Origin: Verrucomicrobiota bacterium
Lineage (GTDB): Bacteria; Verrucomicrobiota; Verrucomicrobiia; Chthoniobacterales; UBA10450
Assembly: GCA_005887825.1 (NCBI GenBank)
Contig: VBQC01000172.1
Location: forward strand, 1-53,689
Length of the DNA: 53,689 bases
Reading direction: 5' to 3'
Numbering within the stretch: position 1 is the first letter of the stretch; the number at the start of each line of letters is the position of its first letter. Both the position numbers and the translations under genes were made by a program. The notes beneath the pieces are model-generated. The model had not been told where the DNA came from, searched no databases, and was given only the letters and a program-made list of their open reading frames with translations. This document shows, piece by piece, positions 30,537-39,343 of the stretch.

Positions 30537-31613
30537 ATGCCGGTTTTGATACGGAAGATTTTCTGTCGATCTTTGCTGGCGCTATCTTGCGTAGCGTACG
30601 TACACGCTGGACGAGCCCGCATCTTGCCGCCGCCTTCGGACAAGCTCTACCACGGATTCTATTGGGGCGGCGTTGGGACCGATGAACACGATCCGACTGA
30701 ACACGACGTGACTCCGCAAGACGTGGGGCATTACGAACAAGCCGTCGGCAAACAAACGGCGTGGGTTTATTTCTCGGACAACTGGTTTGAGTCCCGCAAA
30801 TTTCCAGGCGCGATGTGTAGCTGGATCCGGGATCTCAAAAAGATTCCGTATATCCGTTTGATGCTGCGATCCAACGTCGACCAGGGACATTCAGAGAAGA
30901 CCTTTTCGCTTCAGAAAATTATTGCAGGAGATTTCGATGCTGATCTTCGCGCCTGGGCGCGTGATGCGAAGAATTTTGGCTCCCCCATTTTGATCGAGTG
31001 GGGGACGGAGCCGAACGGAAACTGGTTTAGCTGGAACGGTAAATGGAACGGCGGCGCAAAGGAAGGCCCGGCGCGCTACGTCGCGGGTTACCGGCATATT
31101 GTTGATCTCATGCGCGGGGAGGGCGCGGACAATCTGCAATGGGTCTGGCACGTGAATTGGCTCGATGAGCCGGAGGAAAACTGGAACCGCTTCGAGAACT
31201 ATTTCCCAGGCGAGAACTATTGCGATTGGGTTGCGCTCAGCGCTTATGGACCAACTACTCCAATGACCCGCGACGGCACCGAGAGTCTCGCGTTTAAAAT
31301 GCACGATGCTTATCCGCGCCTTACGAAAATTGCGCCCGGGAAACCAATCATCATCGCCGAGCTGGGTTGCGATTTGCACAACCGGCACGTTGACGCTGCA
31401 AACTGGGCGAAAGCCGCGCTCGAAAATCTGTTCTCAAATCGATGGCCGGCCGTAATCGGCTTCTGTTGGTGGAACGAAGGGTGGCAGAACGATGATCGAA
31501 AGAAACACGACACCGATATGATTATCCTCCACGATGTCGATCTTACCCGCGTTTTTCGTGATCAATTCGCCCAGCATGGCGACAAAATTCAGGAAACGCC
31601 GATTTTGAAATAG
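30537..31613 (+). CDS. GH26-like glycoside hydrolase (clan GH-A, mannanase-like)
   Basis: IAGDFDADLRAWARDAKNFGSPILIEWGTEPNGNWFSW, YFPGENYCDWVALSAYG and KPIIIAELG follow the GH26 layout. Start at MPVLIRK (30537). Confidence 0.65.
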   Translation: MPVLIRKIFCRSLLALSCVAYVHAGRARILPPPSDKLYHGFYWGGVGTDEHDPTEHDVTPQDVGHYEQAVGKQTAWVYFSDNWFESRKFPGAMCSWIRDLKKIPYIRLMLRSNVDQGHSEKTFSLQKIIAGDFDADLRAWARDAKNFGSPILIEWGTEPNGNWFSWNGKWNGGAKEGPARYVAGYRHIVDLMRGEGADNLQWVWHVNWLDEPEENWNRFENYFPGENYCDWVALSAYGPTTPMTRDGTESLAFKMHDAYPRLTKIAPGKPIIIAELGCDLHNRHVDAANWAKAALENLFSNRWPAVIGFCWWNEGWQNDDRKKHDTDMIILHDVDLTRVFRDQFAQHGDKIQETPILK

Positions 31614-31680
31614 AGCAGTGGCCGCAGCGGCGGGCGATCCACTTGCTTTGCAAGCCAGAGGCGTGCGCTATATTTTCCTT

Positions 31681-32091
31681 ATGGTCAATGTTTCTGTTAA
31701 ATACACTGGCGATCTGCATTGCGACGCCGTGCACGGTCCATCGAAATCACAAATCGCCACCGATGCGCCGACAGACAATAAGGGCAAAGGCGAAGCATTT
31801 TCGCCTACCGATCTCGTGGCGACTGCCCTTGGCACGTGCATGAGCACGACCATGGGAATCAAAGCGCAGGAGCTTGGTATTGATCTACGCGGAATGACCG
31901 TGTCCGTGCAAAAGGAAATGTCGAAGGACGCGCCGCGTCGGATCGTAGGACTACCGTCGGAAATTCACATCCCATTGCCGAAGGATCATCCGCAGCGCGA
32001 AATGCTGGAACAAACCGCGCTCAACTGCCCAGTGCACAAAAGTCTTCCATCGGAAATCCATCGCCCAACGAAATTTTTCTGGGAAGGGTAG
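31681..32091 (+). CDS. OsmC/Ohr-family peroxiredoxin-like protein
   Basis: GKGEAFSPTDLVATALGTCMSTTMGI and the LNCPVHKSL motif. ATG at 31681. Confidence 0.85.
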   Translation: MVNVSVKYTGDLHCDAVHGPSKSQIATDAPTDNKGKGEAFSPTDLVATALGTCMSTTMGIKAQELGIDLRGMTVSVQKEMSKDAPRRIVGLPSEIHIPLPKDHPQREMLEQTALNCPVHKSLPSEIHRPTKFFWEG

Positions 32092-32238
32092 CGCACGCGT
32101 CTCGCGTGTCTGGTTTCGGCGTCGCGCCGAAACAATCTTTCCTTTGACTCAAATCATCGGAATCAAATTTGATCGCACAGGAAAAGTTCTCGATCGCGAG
32201 GACGCGCTCGCCAGGCACGCGAGACGCGTGCGCTACCC
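32086..32238. mobile_element. MITE-like element, family C, copy C1
   Basis: The 28-nt TIRs GGGTAGCGCACGCGTCTCGCGTGTCTGG and CCAGGCACGCGAGACGCGTGCGCTACCC match at 27 of 28 positions. The internal GGCGTCGCGCCGAAACAATCTTTCC is shared with C2. Confidence 0.8.
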
Positions 32239-33171
32239 GTACAGCCACCGCATGTAGTCGCGCACGCCGTCCTCGAGTGGAAATTGCGGCTTATAATCAA
32301 GCGCGTTGCGCGCGTTTGTGAGATCCGCCTGAGTGAAGTTTTGGTAATGCGCGTGCGGATTGTCGATGTAATCAGGCTGGAAATTTGTGCCAAGACATTT
32401 GTTGAGAATATCGACAAGCTCGTTAAATGAGCGCGCCTGGCCGGTGCCGAGATTGTAGATACCGCTTTCCGACGCATCGAGCGCAAGAATGCTCCCTTCC
32501 ACGATGTCCTTCACGTAAATGAAATCGCGTTTTTGCTCGCCGTGTTTGAAAATGCGTGGCCTCTGGCCGGCCTTCATCTGTTTTGCCAAATGATAAACCA
32601 TGCTCGCGGGCACCCCTTTGTGCGCTTCGCGCGGCCCGTAAACGTTGAAGTAACGCAAGCCGATGACGATCCAATCGGGCGACCCGGCAGCAGCGCGTCT
32701 TGCGATGTTGTCCATGATCGTTTTGGAAAAGGCGTAAACGTTTGCCGGCGCGGCGCCGTTTGATTCCACACTGGCCTCAGTCGCCGCGCCATAAGTTGCT
32801 GCGGAGGAAGCGTAGATGATTCGTGTCTTCGTTGGGCGCGCAAAATTCAAAATTCGCCGAAAACTTTCTACGTTGTCATGAACCTGTACAAATTGGTCGT
32901 GCAAAGTTGTATCCGTGATTGACGCGAGATGAAAAATGGCGTCGAACTTTTGCTCGCCGAATTGCTCGCGCCAATCGAGTGTAGCCAGATTTTGCGCGAT
33001 AAAATCGCCGCGGTATCCACGGAGATTCTTGAAATCACCGGAGCGAAAATCATCGATTACGGTCAGGCGCGCGTCCGGAAATTTTTCCTGCAGGTCGAGT
33101 GTAAGATTGGAGCCGATGAACCCAGCTCCGCCGGTGACAAGCAGATTGGAAGAGGAACGAATTAAAGACAC
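32233..33171 (-). CDS. hldD: ADP-L-glycero-D-manno-heptose 6-epimerase
   Basis: 312 aa. VTGGAGFIGSN, YASSAATYG, RYFNVYGPRE.HKG, KRDFIYV and YQNFTQADLTNAR closely parallel E. coli HldD/RfaD. Confidence 0.9.
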   Translation of the reverse strand: MSLIRSSSNLLVTGGAGFIGSNLTLDLQEKFPDARLTVIDDFRSGDFKNLRGYRGDFIAQNLATLDWREQFGEQKFDAIFHLASITDTTLHDQFVQVHDNVESFRRILNFARPTKTRIIYASSAATYGAATEASVESNGAAPANVYAFSKTIMDNIARRAAAGSPDWIVIGLRYFNVYGPREAHKGVPASMVYHLAKQMKAGQRPRIFKHGEQKRDFIYVKDIVEGSILALDASESGIYNLGTGQARSFNELVDILNKCLGTNFQPDYIDNPHAHYQNFTQADLTNARNALDYKPQFPLEDGVRDYMRWLYG

Positions 33172-33241
33172 AGAGGAGTTACTTTACGGATTGATAAATA
33201 AATCTTGAGCACAAGAACGCAAGGCACGAACAATTTCATCT

Positions 33242-33547
33242 ATGCGCGAAGCACCATCTGTGAAGCCGATTAATAAAAAGCTTCCAGCTTGCCAACTGAA
33301 ATTTCTTGTCAATACCGCTGAGTCGCTTGAAAGGCGTCTTTCCGATGGGCGCATCGGCCCGAGAACCGCTTGCCGGTTAATTGATGAAGCATGCCAACGC
33401 GTGCGAAGGCACTGCGCGAAATACTTAGAGTACGCAGATACAAGAAATTTCCTTTTCGCGGCCGAACATGTGAAACGCGATTACGGTTGGCGGCCGCCGC
33501 GACAACCACGAAAATCTGTGATTGATGCGCAGCAGTATCTTTTCTAA
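33242..33547 (+). CDS. hypothetical protein (AT-richer islet)
   Basis: 101-aa ORF with no recognisable family. Coding status is uncertain. Confidence 0.3.
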   Translation: MREAPSVKPINKKLPACQLKFLVNTAESLERRLSDGRIGPRTACRLIDEACQRVRRHCAKYLEYADTRNFLFAAEHVKRDYGWRPPRQPRKSVIDAQQYLF

Positions 33548-33677
33548 AAGGAGGTCGCTCATCCACCGCATTTAATCATGGATGCAGATAGCCTCGGAGC
33601 CGAGAACCTATTTACACGAATAACGTCTTTCATAGCCGGAAGAAGGTTCTGACCGCATTGAAAATCTCTGTACCGAA

Positions 33678-34613
33678 GTGCTCGCTTGGTGTTTGATTCA
33701 TTCCGAAGAGTTTCGACAGCGATTTCTTAAACTGGCGGATGTCATCATCTCTGCTCCTCAGGTTCATACGCAGTTCTCGTTAGCACCGACGGTTGCCGAT
33801 CAAGCGGGGGCTGGAACGAGTCAGGGGTTTTGCGATCTTGTTATTTTTCCTAAGGATAGCGAGGGAATGGCTCTCTTCGTTGAGCTTAAGGTATGGCATC
33901 AATTCCGGCAGAACCAGCTTACTGATTACCTAACCGCAGCGAAACGGATTTATCCAAGGGTTCAACCTAAAATTATTACCATCACACCTTTTCTCGATCG
34001 GCCAAAAGGTTCGCAGCGACACATTACGTGGTCGAAGATCGCAACTGCGTTGCAAAATACCACCGTGCAATCCGAACAAGATCTCGTACAATTGCAATTC
34101 ACCCGTTTCTTGCAGTTACGCGGCATGAGTAAAGCGGTCGTCATAGATAAACTCGATTCTGAAGTTCTGTCTCATTTGCGCGCAGCCGCAGCGAAATTCG
34201 AGCAGTTTAATCGGCTATTTGACTTGTTTCGCCTCAACGAAAAACTCAATGCAATTTTTCGGCGCGAAGCAGGAAAGCCGAAGGTCGACTTTGACCATGC
34301 AGAACGTGCTTGGTTTGGAATCTACACGTACCGCTTTCCTTGGTATTATGCTGGTATCGGCCTGATGCCGGAAGGCGTAGCGGTTATGTGGGTGGAAGTC
34401 GGCGTTCGCGGCGATCGTCTAGAAGCACCGAAAAATCTCCCTGATTCCTTGAAAGAGGCTTTCGCGCAAGCGACTAACTTAGGGGCGCCGTATTTCGGAG
34501 GAGAATACACATTTTGCTTTTGCTCAACTGATCGACAGCACCTTCAATGGTCAGCCACAAAAAATGTTGGAGTGGTTTGCAACAACAATTCTCGCAGCGA
34601 AAGCATTTGTTGA
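33678..34613 (+). CDS. PD-(D/E)XK (RecB/Cas4-like) nuclease-domain protein, possibly degraded
   Basis: CDLVIF...LFVELKV...QLTDY fits the D...ExK...QxxxY nuclease motifs. The frame is open from 33636 with no ATG, and an upstream ATG at 33578 is in another frame. An alternative frame is open from 34483 to 34626. Confidence 0.5.
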   Translation: MLAWCLIHSEEFRQRFLKLADVIISAPQVHTQFSLAPTVADQAGAGTSQGFCDLVIFPKDSEGMALFVELKVWHQFRQNQLTDYLTAAKRIYPRVQPKIITITPFLDRPKGSQRHITWSKIATALQNTTVQSEQDLVQLQFTRFLQLRGMSKAVVIDKLDSEVLSHLRAAAAKFEQFNRLFDLFRLNEKLNAIFRREAGKPKVDFDHAERAWFGIYTYRFPWYYAGIGLMPEGVAVMWVEVGVRGDRLEAPKNLPDSLKEAFAQATNLGAPYFGGEYTFCFCSTDRQHLQWSATKNVGVVCNNNSRSESIC

Positions 34614-34699
34614 GAAGATTTCATAAACACCGCTCGCGTAAATAAATCTTGAAGTGCGGAGCGCAAGCGGCTAGTTCTCGATCCAGTTCTTTGCGAGCT

Positions 34700-34890
34700 T
34701 GAAAAAGTGGATCGGCGCGAGAAATCCCGTGCGAATCGGGAGCAGTTGCGCTGCTGTAACTGGATACGACTTCCTATGGGCCAATCCCCGAAATCTCTCG
34801 GGGGTGAAGGCGGGAAGAAGGTGCGTCCGGCGGGTGCCGGACCAGAAGCCAGGAGCCAGAATATTTGTCCGGTCCACCTCATTCGTGTCG
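34700..34890 (+). promoter_or_regulatory. cobalamin (B12) riboswitch
   Basis: Three segments match the riboswitch core, and the order fits RF00174 as remembered. They are GAGAAATCCCGTGCGAATCGGGAGCAGTTGCGCTGCTGTAACTGG, then GGCCAAT...GGGAAGAAGG, then the B12-box-like AAGCCAGGAGCCAG. It lies upstream of a BtuB-like receptor. Confidence 0.8.
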
Positions 34891-35072
34891 CCCTGTAGCG
34901 GCGGTCTGTGACCGCCGATTTCCTACGGGTCAGCGCGAAAAAACTTCTTCGCGAAAAGAAGAATGAGAGCTGGGCGATGCGTCCCGCAATGGCGGGGCAA
35001 ACAAGTCCGACTCTCGGAGTTGGAGGAAACTTGTATGCGAAATCGCCTAGTTTGGTTCGTTCGGATTTGTCC

Positions 35073-35237
35073 GGGTAGCGCACGTGTCCCGCGTGCAATC
35101 GCCAGTCCGGCTCGGACTTTCGGCGTCGCGCCGAAACAGTCTTTCCTCAAAACGTGGACCGCGGACGCCGGCATGACGCAAGAAAAGTCCGCGACGGCGG
35201 GACGCCGTCGCCAGCACGCGAGACGCGCGCGCTACCC
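35073..35237. mobile_element. MITE-like element, family C, copy C2
   Basis: Termini are GGGTAGCGCACGTGTCCCGCGTGC and GCACGCGAGACGCGCGCGCTACCC. The internal GGCGTCGCGCCGAAACAGTCTTTCC is shared with C1. Confidence 0.75.
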
Positions 35238-37116
35238 AATCCGATTCGCTGCGTTGCTCGTCTTCATGCCAATCGTTTGCCTCGCGCAAGACGCCGTAAG
35301 ATCGACATCCGCTGATCAAGAGGAAACGGCGGAATCCGAACCGATCGTCGTCTCGGCAACACGTTTCGATATTCCCCTCGATCAATCGCCCGCCAGCGTG
35401 AGCGTCATTAGTTCGGAAGATCTCCAGCAAAAGCAAATCGAGCGCGTAAGCGATGCACTTCGCGAAGTGCCCGGGTTATCCGTTGTGCAAACCGGAACGG
35501 CTGGACAATTGACGTCGGTTTTTACCCGCGGATTGCGCAGCGAACACACACAGGTTTTGCTCGATGGCATTCCGATCAATCAAGGTTTGCAAGGCGCATT
35601 CAATTTCGCCGATCTGACCACGGACGACATCGACCGGATCGAGATCGTGCGCGGACCGCAGAGCACATTGTATGGCCCGCGCGCGCTGGCCGGGGTCATC
35701 CAAATTTTTACAAAGCAGGGCACAGGCACCCCGGGCATCACGGCAAGTGGCGAGGGCGGCTCCTACGATACGTTCCGCGAATGGCTCCAGAGCGACGGAA
35801 AGGTCGACAACTTCGATTATTCAGTTAGCGCGAGCCGGCTCGATACCGATAACGCGCGCCCAAATAACAATTACCGCAACACCAATGGGATTGCAGACAT
35901 CGGCTGGTCGCCTAACGATCAGTTGCGGATCGGTAGTTTGTTCACTTATTCACTGAGCGACACGGGAAATCCGAACACGATTTTCGATCCCAAGCCCATC
36001 GATCACTTCCTCACGGAACGGTGGCTGATCGGACCACACATCGATTGGAAGGTAGCCGACTGGTGGGAACACAAATTCATTTTCAGTTATGATCATGAGC
36101 GACAACTGAACGATCCGAACGAGGATGGATTCGTTGGTCCGACGCGGGCGTTATTTGAACGGACGCAAATCGATTACCAGAACAATTTGCGACCTACATC
36201 GTGGCTCACGCTGACCTCAGGATTTTTTTACAGTCGGGTGAATGCCGGACAGGAGCGCCCGTTTGTTCTGCAAATTTTTGGGCCTCAACCAACATTCGTG
36301 AGCGATCACACCGAAGAGGTCGCTGGCTTTTTGCAATCAACCCTGACGCCAATCGAAAACCTGATCTTCGTCGCTGGTGGGCGTTTTGATCACTTCAATC
36401 AATTCGGTGACGTCTGGACTTATCGATTTGCTGGCAGTTACAAGATCGACAAGACGAACACAACGCTGCATTCCAGCGTTGCGACGGGATTCAGTCCGCC
36501 AAGCAGCCAGGACAAGATTTTCGGGAATAATTTCGGGCTAAAGCCGGAGCGAGATCTCGGCTGGGACATCGGCGTCGAGCAGCGGCTCTTGGAAAACCGC
36601 GCCGCGGTTGGCCTGACTTATTTTCACAACGACTTGTCGAACGTGATCGGATTTAACGGCCTTTTCGAAACGCTCAACCTCGGTGCCGCACGAACAGAGG
36701 GATTAGAAGCGGAATTACGTGCGCAACCGATCGCCGATCTCATCTTCACGGCGAGCTACACTTATCTGGACGCCGAGAAAACTTCGTCGAAGGACATTTC
36801 GCAGTTGCAAGGTGCGCGTTTGCCCCGCCGGCCCCGCAACGAGGTTTATGTTTCGGTTTCGTATCTTTGGTGCAAAAAGCTCCGCACGACCGCGGAAGCA
36901 AAGTTCGTGAATGCACGCGAAGAATTGAATTTCGGCGGACCGAATTTCGACATTGAAGATTATTCGTTCGTGAATATCGCGGCTGAATATGAAATCAACC
37001 CGCACATGTCGATCTTCGGCCGAATCGATAATCTAACGAACGAGCATTACTCGGAAGTTTTCGGGTTTCCCGCATTGGGGCGCGCGGCGTATGGGGGAGT
37101 GAAAGTGCGGTTCTGA
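35173..37116 (+). CDS. TonB-dependent outer-membrane receptor, BtuB-like (vitamin B12 transporter)
   Basis: Plug domain IVVSATRFDIPLDQSPASVSVIS..VFTRGLRSEHTQVLLDGIPIN..IEIVRGPQSTLYG. C-terminal ...YGGVKVRF. The start is uncertain: the first ATG before the signal peptide lies inside repeat C2. Confidence 0.85.
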   Translation: MTQEKSATAGRRRQHARRARYPIRFAALLVFMPIVCLAQDAVRSTSADQEETAESEPIVVSATRFDIPLDQSPASVSVISSEDLQQKQIERVSDALREVPGLSVVQTGTAGQLTSVFTRGLRSEHTQVLLDGIPINQGLQGAFNFADLTTDDIDRIEIVRGPQSTLYGPRALAGVIQIFTKQGTGTPGITASGEGGSYDTFREWLQSDGKVDNFDYSVSASRLDTDNARPNNNYRNTNGIADIGWSPNDQLRIGSLFTYSLSDTGNPNTIFDPKPIDHFLTERWLIGPHIDWKVADWWEHKFIFSYDHERQLNDPNEDGFVGPTRALFERTQIDYQNNLRPTSWLTLTSGFFYSRVNAGQERPFVLQIFGPQPTFVSDHTEEVAGFLQSTLTPIENLIFVAGGRFDHFNQFGDVWTYRFAGSYKIDKTNTTLHSSVATGFSPPSSQDKIFGNNFGLKPERDLGWDIGVEQRLLENRAAVGLTYFHNDLSNVIGFNGLFETLNLGAARTEGLEAELRAQPIADLIFTASYTYLDAEKTSSKDISQLQGARLPRRPRNEVYVSVSYLWCKKLRTTAEAKFVNAREELNFGGPNFDIEDYSFVNIAAEYEINPHMSIFGRIDNLTNEHYSEVFGFPALGRAAYGGVKVRF

Positions 37117-37127
37117 CTTGCCCCGCG

Positions 37128-37249
37128 GTCATCCCGAGGTCGCCGCGACGACCAAGGGACCTCACATATCGCCCGGAGTTCACACAAGCTACTAGTGTGA
37201 TCCAAGGGCTTGTGTGACGTCCTTCGCCGTCTTCGCGGCTCAGGATGAC
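37128..37249. repeat. family-A element, copy A3
   Basis: The left end is GTCATCCCGAGGTCGCC...GGGACCTCACA. The reverse complement of the right end reads GTCATCCTGAGCCGCGAAGACGGCGAAGGACGTCACA. Confidence 0.7.
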
Positions 37250-37289
37250 AAGCATATTTGAAGGCGCGTTGTAATTCGAGTATTCACGA

Positions 37290-38507
37290 ATGGTGACTCC
37301 ACTGCTGTATGTAATCGCCGGTTTGATCGGTGGCGGCCTGCTAGCCGTGATTATCTTTTTGATAACGCGGAGTGACGGAGGGGTTGATGCAACGCTACTG
37401 AGCAAAATCGAGCTGCTCGAGCGTGCGCAGGAGCGCGAAGAGCGGATGCTGCGTGAAGAAATGGCACGCGGCCGCGAAGAGGGCGCGAACGCGGCCAAAG
37501 CGCAGCGCGAGGAATTAACCAAATCCCTCGAAAGCGTGCGTTCGATTGTCGATCTTCGGCTGAAGCAATTGCAGGAAGACAACTCGAAGCAGATCGACAA
37601 GATGCGCGCAACCGTTGACGAAAAATTACAGGGCACCCTGGAGAAGCGGCTCGGCGAATCATTTAAACTCGTGAGCGACAGACTTGAGCAAGTTCATCAA
37701 GGACTGGGCGCAATGCGGCAGCTCGCGAGCGACGTCGGCGGCTTGCAGAAAGTCCTCACAAATGTGAGAGCGCGGGGCGGCTGGGGAGAGGTGCAATTGG
37801 GCGCGCTACTCGAACAGGTACTCACGCCGGAACAGTTCGCGCGCAACGTCAAGACACGCGATGAAAGCAATGAGAACGTCGAATTCGCGATCAAATTACC
37901 CGGGGAAGAGAATGGTACGCCGGTCTGGCTGCCGATCGATGCGAAATTTCCGACGGAAGATTATCACCGCTTGCTCGGCGCGCAGGAGAAAGGCGATTTA
38001 GTCGCAATTGACGACGCGATGAAAAGTCTGGAGACGCAATTGAAAAAGTGCGCGAAAGATATTTGCCAGAAATACATTAATCCGCCGAAAACGACGGACT
38101 TTGCGCTCATGTTTTTGCCGACGGAAGGACTTTATGCGGAAGCGATTCGACGCGTTGGGTTGGCGGAACAGGTGCAACGCGATTGCCGCGTCGTTTTTGC
38201 CGGTCCGACGACACTTGTAGCGCTACTGAACAGTTTGCAGATGGGTTTCCGCACGCTGGCGATTCAAAAACGCTCGAGCGAAGTCTGGAATTTGCTCGCC
38301 GGGGTTAAGACCGAGTTCGGAAAATTCGGCGAAACATTATCGGCGGTGAAGGAGAAAATCGATCAAGCCTCACGAAAGATGGAAGATGTCGATGTTCGCT
38401 CCCGCGCTATCACGCGGAAATTGCGCGATGTTGAGGAGTTGCCAAGCAATCCGCAGCCGTTGCTGAAGAACCTATTGTCGGGGCAGGATCGAGAAGGTGG
38501 TGACTAG
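37290..38507 (+). CDS. rmuC: DNA recombination protein RmuC
   Basis: 405 aa with an N-terminal TM segment and coiled coil. The conserved block is YINPPKTTDFALMFLPTEGLYAEA. Confidence 0.85.
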   Translation: MVTPLLYVIAGLIGGGLLAVIIFLITRSDGGVDATLLSKIELLERAQEREERMLREEMARGREEGANAAKAQREELTKSLESVRSIVDLRLKQLQEDNSKQIDKMRATVDEKLQGTLEKRLGESFKLVSDRLEQVHQGLGAMRQLASDVGGLQKVLTNVRARGGWGEVQLGALLEQVLTPEQFARNVKTRDESNENVEFAIKLPGEENGTPVWLPIDAKFPTEDYHRLLGAQEKGDLVAIDDAMKSLETQLKKCAKDICQKYINPPKTTDFALMFLPTEGLYAEAIRRVGLAEQVQRDCRVVFAGPTTLVALLNSLQMGFRTLAIQKRSSEVWNLLAGVKTEFGKFGETLSAVKEKIDQASRKMEDVDVRSRAITRKLRDVEELPSNPQPLLKNLLSGQDREGGD

Positions 38508-38531
38508 GTCAGCGCCTTGGAATCACAGCAG

Positions 38532-39224
38532 ATGAAGACAGCGTTGGTCACAGGAGCAAACAAAGGGATCGGCCATGAGGTCGCGCGTCAACTTATGGCC
38601 AAGGGTTTTCACGTCTTCGTAGGAGCGCGGAATCGTGGCGCAGGACGTGTAGCAGCGGACGCGATCGCGAAGAACGGCGGAAAGCCAACGTTCCTCGAAA
38701 TCGACGTCGCCGACAATGCCAGCGTTACTGCTGCTGCGCGTGAGTTCTCGAAAATTGCGGATCATCTCGATTTCCTTGTAAACAACGCCGGGATTGTTGT
38801 GGACGGAGACAGCGTAGTCCTGGAAATCAGTGATGAGCTATTACGGAAGACGCTAGAGACCAACACGCTCGGCGCTCTACGGGTGACGCGCGCATTCGCG
38901 CTCTTGCTCGCAAAAAGCAAAAAGCCGCGCGTGATCAATGTCTCGAGCGGCGGCGGTCAGTTAACTGGTGGTGCGGACCGCTGCGCGCCGGGTTACTGCA
39001 TCTCGAAGACTGCGCTCAACGGCGTTACGTCGCAACTCGCGGCGGCACTGCCGAAATTTGCGGTGAATTCTGTCTGCCCGGGTTGGGTGCAGACCGACAT
39101 GGGCGGCAAAAACGCAACCCGCTCGGTGGGACAGGGCGCGGACACGATCGTCTGGCTCGCCACCGATGCGCCGCAGAAGCTTACCGGCAAATTCTTGCGT
39201 GACCGGAAGGAGATTCCGTGGTGA
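38532..39224 (+). CDS. short-chain dehydrogenase/reductase (carbonyl reductase-like)
   Basis: TALVTGANKGIGHEVARQL, NNAG, and Y..SK (YCISKTA). Confidence 0.85.
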   Translation: MKTALVTGANKGIGHEVARQLMAKGFHVFVGARNRGAGRVAADAIAKNGGKPTFLEIDVADNASVTAAAREFSKIADHLDFLVNNAGIVVDGDSVVLEISDELLRKTLETNTLGALRVTRAFALLLAKSKKPRVINVSSGGGQLTGGADRCAPGYCISKTALNGVTSQLAAALPKFAVNSVCPGWVQTDMGGKNATRSVGQGADTIVWLATDAPQKLTGKFLRDRKEIPW

Positions 39225-39238
39225 CGCCAAAGACGGAA

Positions 39239-39343
39239 GTTAGCCATCCTGGCTGACCCGGCCGGCAAGCTTCCAGCTTGTCGGATTTTTTTTCCAGCAA
39301 TCTGGAAGACCGCCGGCCCAGTCAGACTGGAAGCCTAACCTCC
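39239..39343. repeat. family-D structured repeat (GGAGGTTAGGC...CGACAAGC.GGA.GCTTG.CGGCCGGG), copy D1 (minus orientation)
   Basis: The reverse complement aligns along about 105 nt with 49979-50081. It abuts the TAA stop of the DUF885 gene at 39344. Confidence 0.75.
39262..39293 (+). terminator. intrinsic terminator embedded in repeat D1
   Basis: 10-bp stem ccggcaagct/agcttgtcgg (one G-U pair) with loop tcc, followed by a-T8. Confidence 0.6.

Noticed and set aside
34544-35174. 184-aa and 83-aa minus-strand ORFs, and short plus-strand ORFs, across the btuB leader.
   Set aside because: They overlap the cobalamin riboswitch and the family-C repeat. Their translations are repeat- or structure-derived, so they are not credible genes.
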